64,000 nucleotides of DNA, taken from the NCBI GenBank assembly GCA_051362555.1, contig CM120642.1:3224001-3288000 (forward strand). Reading direction: 5' to 3'. Made by a program: the position numbers and the translations under genes. A model generated the notes under the pieces. The model searched no databases and was not told the DNA's origin. It saw only the letters and a list, made by a program, of their open reading frames with translations. Of this stretch, positions 60,155-64,000 are shown one piece after another. The DNA is from Lingula anatina. Lineage: Eukaryota; Animalia; Brachiopoda. The stretch's first letter is position 1, and the number at the start of each line of letters is the position of its first letter.

Positions 60155-63100
60155 AAAGTCCAACCTGTTTTTATTAGTTGCTTTGTTGCAGCATTTGCAT
60201 GCATGCACACGGACATAAATATGTGCACACGCACACACATACACACACACACACACACAGCATTTTATGGGTTCAATCAATTTTAGTGGGGCCCCAGTGT
60301 AGAGTTTCCCATTGTGTGACGCTGTGTGATGTGACTGGAGAAATAATGAATGAATGATGTAATTGCGGTGTTTACAGAGCCCGTCAGCGAGCTGTCACGG
60401 CAGGGAAATCTATACTTGCACTACATGGCATTTGCCTGACGGGTGCGGATCTTGTGCTACATTATGTCACAACAGAGAAAAACATTTTCTTTATACTGTA
60501 TGCTCTATGAAATTGGATAGTCTGGCCGTATATATATGATTGGTATAATGGTCCTGTTATTGCATGTGAAAATTGGGAAGTATTAAAATTTAATGACACA
60601 CCTGCGATTTGTTACCTGTCTTTGGAGTAATCATTGTGAAATATTGTCAAAGAGTTTAATAGAAGCTTTTCTTTGGTGACAACTGAGAAAACCTAAAATG
60701 GTTTAGGTAGATATTTAACAAGATGCCACCAGCTCTGCTTCCTTAATTTTCTCCCTCTGCAGTTTTATTTTTGGTATCTGGAATTTTCTAAATATCATGA
60801 AAGGGCATTGTGATTTACCAGAAACAGGACAATAAAAATCAACCAATCAATCTTTATAGGTTTTAGCACATTTCTTACAGAAACTGTTGCCAAACAACAC
60901 ATACTAATCAGTTATGAACTGTTTCCATGGAAATCAGTTGAGGTGGGCCATGCTAAAAAGAAGTGCTGACATATTCCTTATGTGAATGCAACTTACGATG
61001 GCTCTTATTATAATCATGGAGACAGCACGTGTGAGTGTCAAGATTTGTGAAGTATTCACCTTAATGAGGCCAAATCCTTGTTAATGACCATATTCTGTGA
61101 GGATATTTGACAACATTTGGTGAATCTTGCTCTGGATGAAATGATTGCTATTTTATTTACTTTTAGAAAATGTCAAGTACCGATGTCTGTCGTTGTTTTT
61201 TTAATATGTTGAAATGATACATTATTATCACAAAGTGTGGAAATAAACCTGAACTAGGCCTTTTTTTATATCAAATAACATAGGATACTGGAGACGTTTA
61301 CTATTATACAAGGAAATAAGCTGTCAGCTATATTCATATGGAATTTCTTAATTTTTTTTTAATAAATAAATAAATAATAAACAAAAAAACATTGTTCTCC
61401 TCCTTTGTCCCACTGTCACATGGGAAATAAGGAGAACATAATTTATTAGATTGGTCTGGTTAAGAAATGCATGACCAATAGAGGAAATATTGGCCATGAC
61501 TAACTACTGCCACAGCTGCATGTGTTTGGCTTTTATCCCTTGTCCATTCATTAGTGATATAGGTTTAAATATTACATTATTTTTATATCTAATAGGTAGT
61601 TTCCCAACTGGGGAAATCTTAGGACATAAATTTCAGGCTGGAGTCTCAGCCAACCCTATATTGGTCCAAACAGTACAGTAATAGTATTGTTAAAGACAAC
61701 GCATCTTCTCATTAGGGTATAATGATTCTTTTGAAGTATCACTTGCTAGAGAGTAGAGGAGTTCGATTTTGTGGCTTAAATCCAAATCCTAAATTAGCCA
61801 TGCTGTATGAAGAGCATCATTTATCTTTACCTTAGTGCAACAGCTGCAGTAAATTTATACATACACCTTCATGGAGTTTTTTTCTGAAGATCAACAAAAC
61901 CACAAATATTTGCTGTTCGAAAAACTGGTTACAGTTGTGAAGCAAGACTGGCCTTCTCTTAAAAGCACTCACATCTTTTTCAAGCACCTGAGCCAATCAA
62001 TGCCTATTTGAGCTCCTCTAATCTGTGTTTGCTTTAAGACACTAGTGATTATCCAACATTTGTGAAGGTGGTTTTGAGATACTGACCACACCACAGATTG
62101 ATGAAAAGTTGACCACTAAAAACTTGTCCTGGGACTTGAAGCCAGTAAAAGGTGACGTGCTCTGATGAGGTGAAGGCTCTCGTCCTGTAAGTACTTCTTA
62201 ATGCAAATAGTGTAGTGATTATAGCTCTACAGTTGAGCATGTGTGTTTTCTAAGCTTCTTAGATTTTGTGAGTATTTATTTCCAGGAGTGACAAGTGACA
62301 TAACACAATATATCAGAGCACAGAATAAACATTTTATAATATTGTGATTTTGTTTTTAAAGTTTACATTTTTAATGTCAAGCTGTATGAAAAATAAAACC
62401 AAAACAGAAGTGCAGTCAAAATTGAGATAAAGCCATGATCAATTTTAAATTTTGGATTACTTTCTGGCTCTCATATTTGGATCACTTTGGAGATAAAATC
62501 CAAATACCAGTAGACAAATGATCAATTAGATTTTTCTGTTAGACTTTCTAATCCTCTCCACCATTTGACACTGATAAAGATTATCCAGTCTTAATATTGT
62601 CAACGTGACAAGTCATTGCTGTTCATTTTACTGTGATTATGTCCTGATAATGATCATTCTTTTCAAGACTGCCACATGGCTGTGTTATTCCACAGAGTAC
62701 CAGGTTGTCACTGAAAACAAAATAAGCTGCTTTAAGACCTAGAAATATATATAATACCTTGAAGTTAAATCTCTGATGTATCTGATAGTAAATAGCAAGT
62801 ACTGGTTTGGTGTAGGCCTCATTGAGGCAGTGAACTGAAGAAGTTTGCACTTAATTTGAAGGACTTCTGTAAGATTTGTTTTGCTGGAAATTTACTCTTT
62901 TCTCACTTGTGTTCATATATTTGGTTGCACATCAGTTTCTTTTGGTATATATACCTTTGGAAGGTGCACCATGCCACACGCTAAAACTTGCAGAAGGAGG
63001 CTAGGGTTTTGTGACTTAGGTAAGTACACAGCTTTGATACTTTTCATTATTGAAAGACCAAAAATTATTATCATCTTTAAAAGAAGATCAATAAGGTCAA

Positions 63101-63611
63101 AGTGGATAAAAATTTCAGTAAACATATTTTCAGAATTCACACCTTAGTCTGCATGTAACATTATAGATGTAATAAATGTTAACCTTACATCAGGTGAACT
63201 GGACTCATTTTCATCAAATACTGCTTTGGTAAAGTTTGAGTTTGTGATTGAGCACCCAGTAGGCTAGCTAGAAGTTTACACACACCTATTGTTAATTCTT
63301 GCCGAGTTTGTAACCACGAATGAATTTCAAATTGATTTCAATAATTTCTTTTGATGTAAATGGAAGGAAATAGAAGGAAGAATCAAAAATCAATATCAGT
63401 GGTACATATTGTAGTTTTCATAAAAGGCTGTTACATAAAAAGGGTGCTGCACAAGATGGGATTGAGATTGCTTAACATGTTTGATGAATCTTTCCCGTCA
63501 GTTGCTGTATAAACAATGACTTCTATTTTTGTACTTTTTGTAACAGTTTTAGCTCTCCATTCATTTTCATGATTGCATTTGCAGTCTTTGACAAATGATG
63601 CGCAAGGCACC

Positions 63612-63643
<32 letters not shown>

Positions 63644-64000
63644 GGGGGGGGGGGGGCAGATTAGACTAATTTTAGAAACGTGGGTCTTATTTTAGTCTCA
63701 AATTAGTCTTTTAAAGGAATGTTGGATAAATACCAAATTCAGGTTTACCTGAATGTATCATGGTGTCAAGAAGAGAAATTTCAGCAATTGCTTTCAGTGT
63801 TAGAAGGGGAAAAAGAGGAGAGACAGAGAAAGACCTAGTAGAGCAACAAATGCAGATATTAAGACATACATACTACGATTTGTCCCATTGCATTGCATGT
63901 CAATGTCTCTTAATTAAATGTCATATCAACCTGTTGTCAGTGGCATTGATGATTCAGTCACCCTTTGCATTGTGTGTCACAAGGTCTCATTCAGATTGAG

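Noticed and set aside
60035-60286. ORFs rich in TH/CV repeats (also ER at 23573-23852, YI at 59287 and SL at 13689)
   Set aside because: These are microsatellite translations.
62039-62192. AG...GT bounded segment as a further RasGAP exon
   Set aside because: The phase-compatible frame stops after about 15 codons and has no recognisable family motif.

Overview
AT-rich, intron-containing animal genomic DNA. It is probably an invertebrate such as a mollusc, which I infer from the repeat types and have not established. Gene models were spliced and translated by hand, and family names come from recalled homologue sequences, not a database search. (1) A 17-exon EXD3/mut-7/Nibbler-family exonuclease gene (+, 204-13194, about 949 aa). 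Its intron 7 holds a nested insertion: a TIR element with a 9-bp TSD, interrupted by a Helentron-type non-autonomous element (HINE) carrying about 19 x 146-bp satellite units with an 8-mer higher-order duplication. (2) The 5' exons of a large raskol/DAB2IP/SynGAP/RASAL2-family RasGAP gene (+, from 14247, running off the window). (3) Nested antisense in one RasGAP intron, a tandem cluster of three intact 3-exon CDA-fold zinc deaminase genes resembling Bacillus GuaD and plant guanosine deaminase, plus a truncated fourth copy. Two copies keep the catalytic core but have lost the usual guanine-recognition residues, which is the most interesting signal here. (4) Several MITE families (PIF/Harbinger types, a family with 5-bp TSDs, a 257-bp foldback) and microsatellites.
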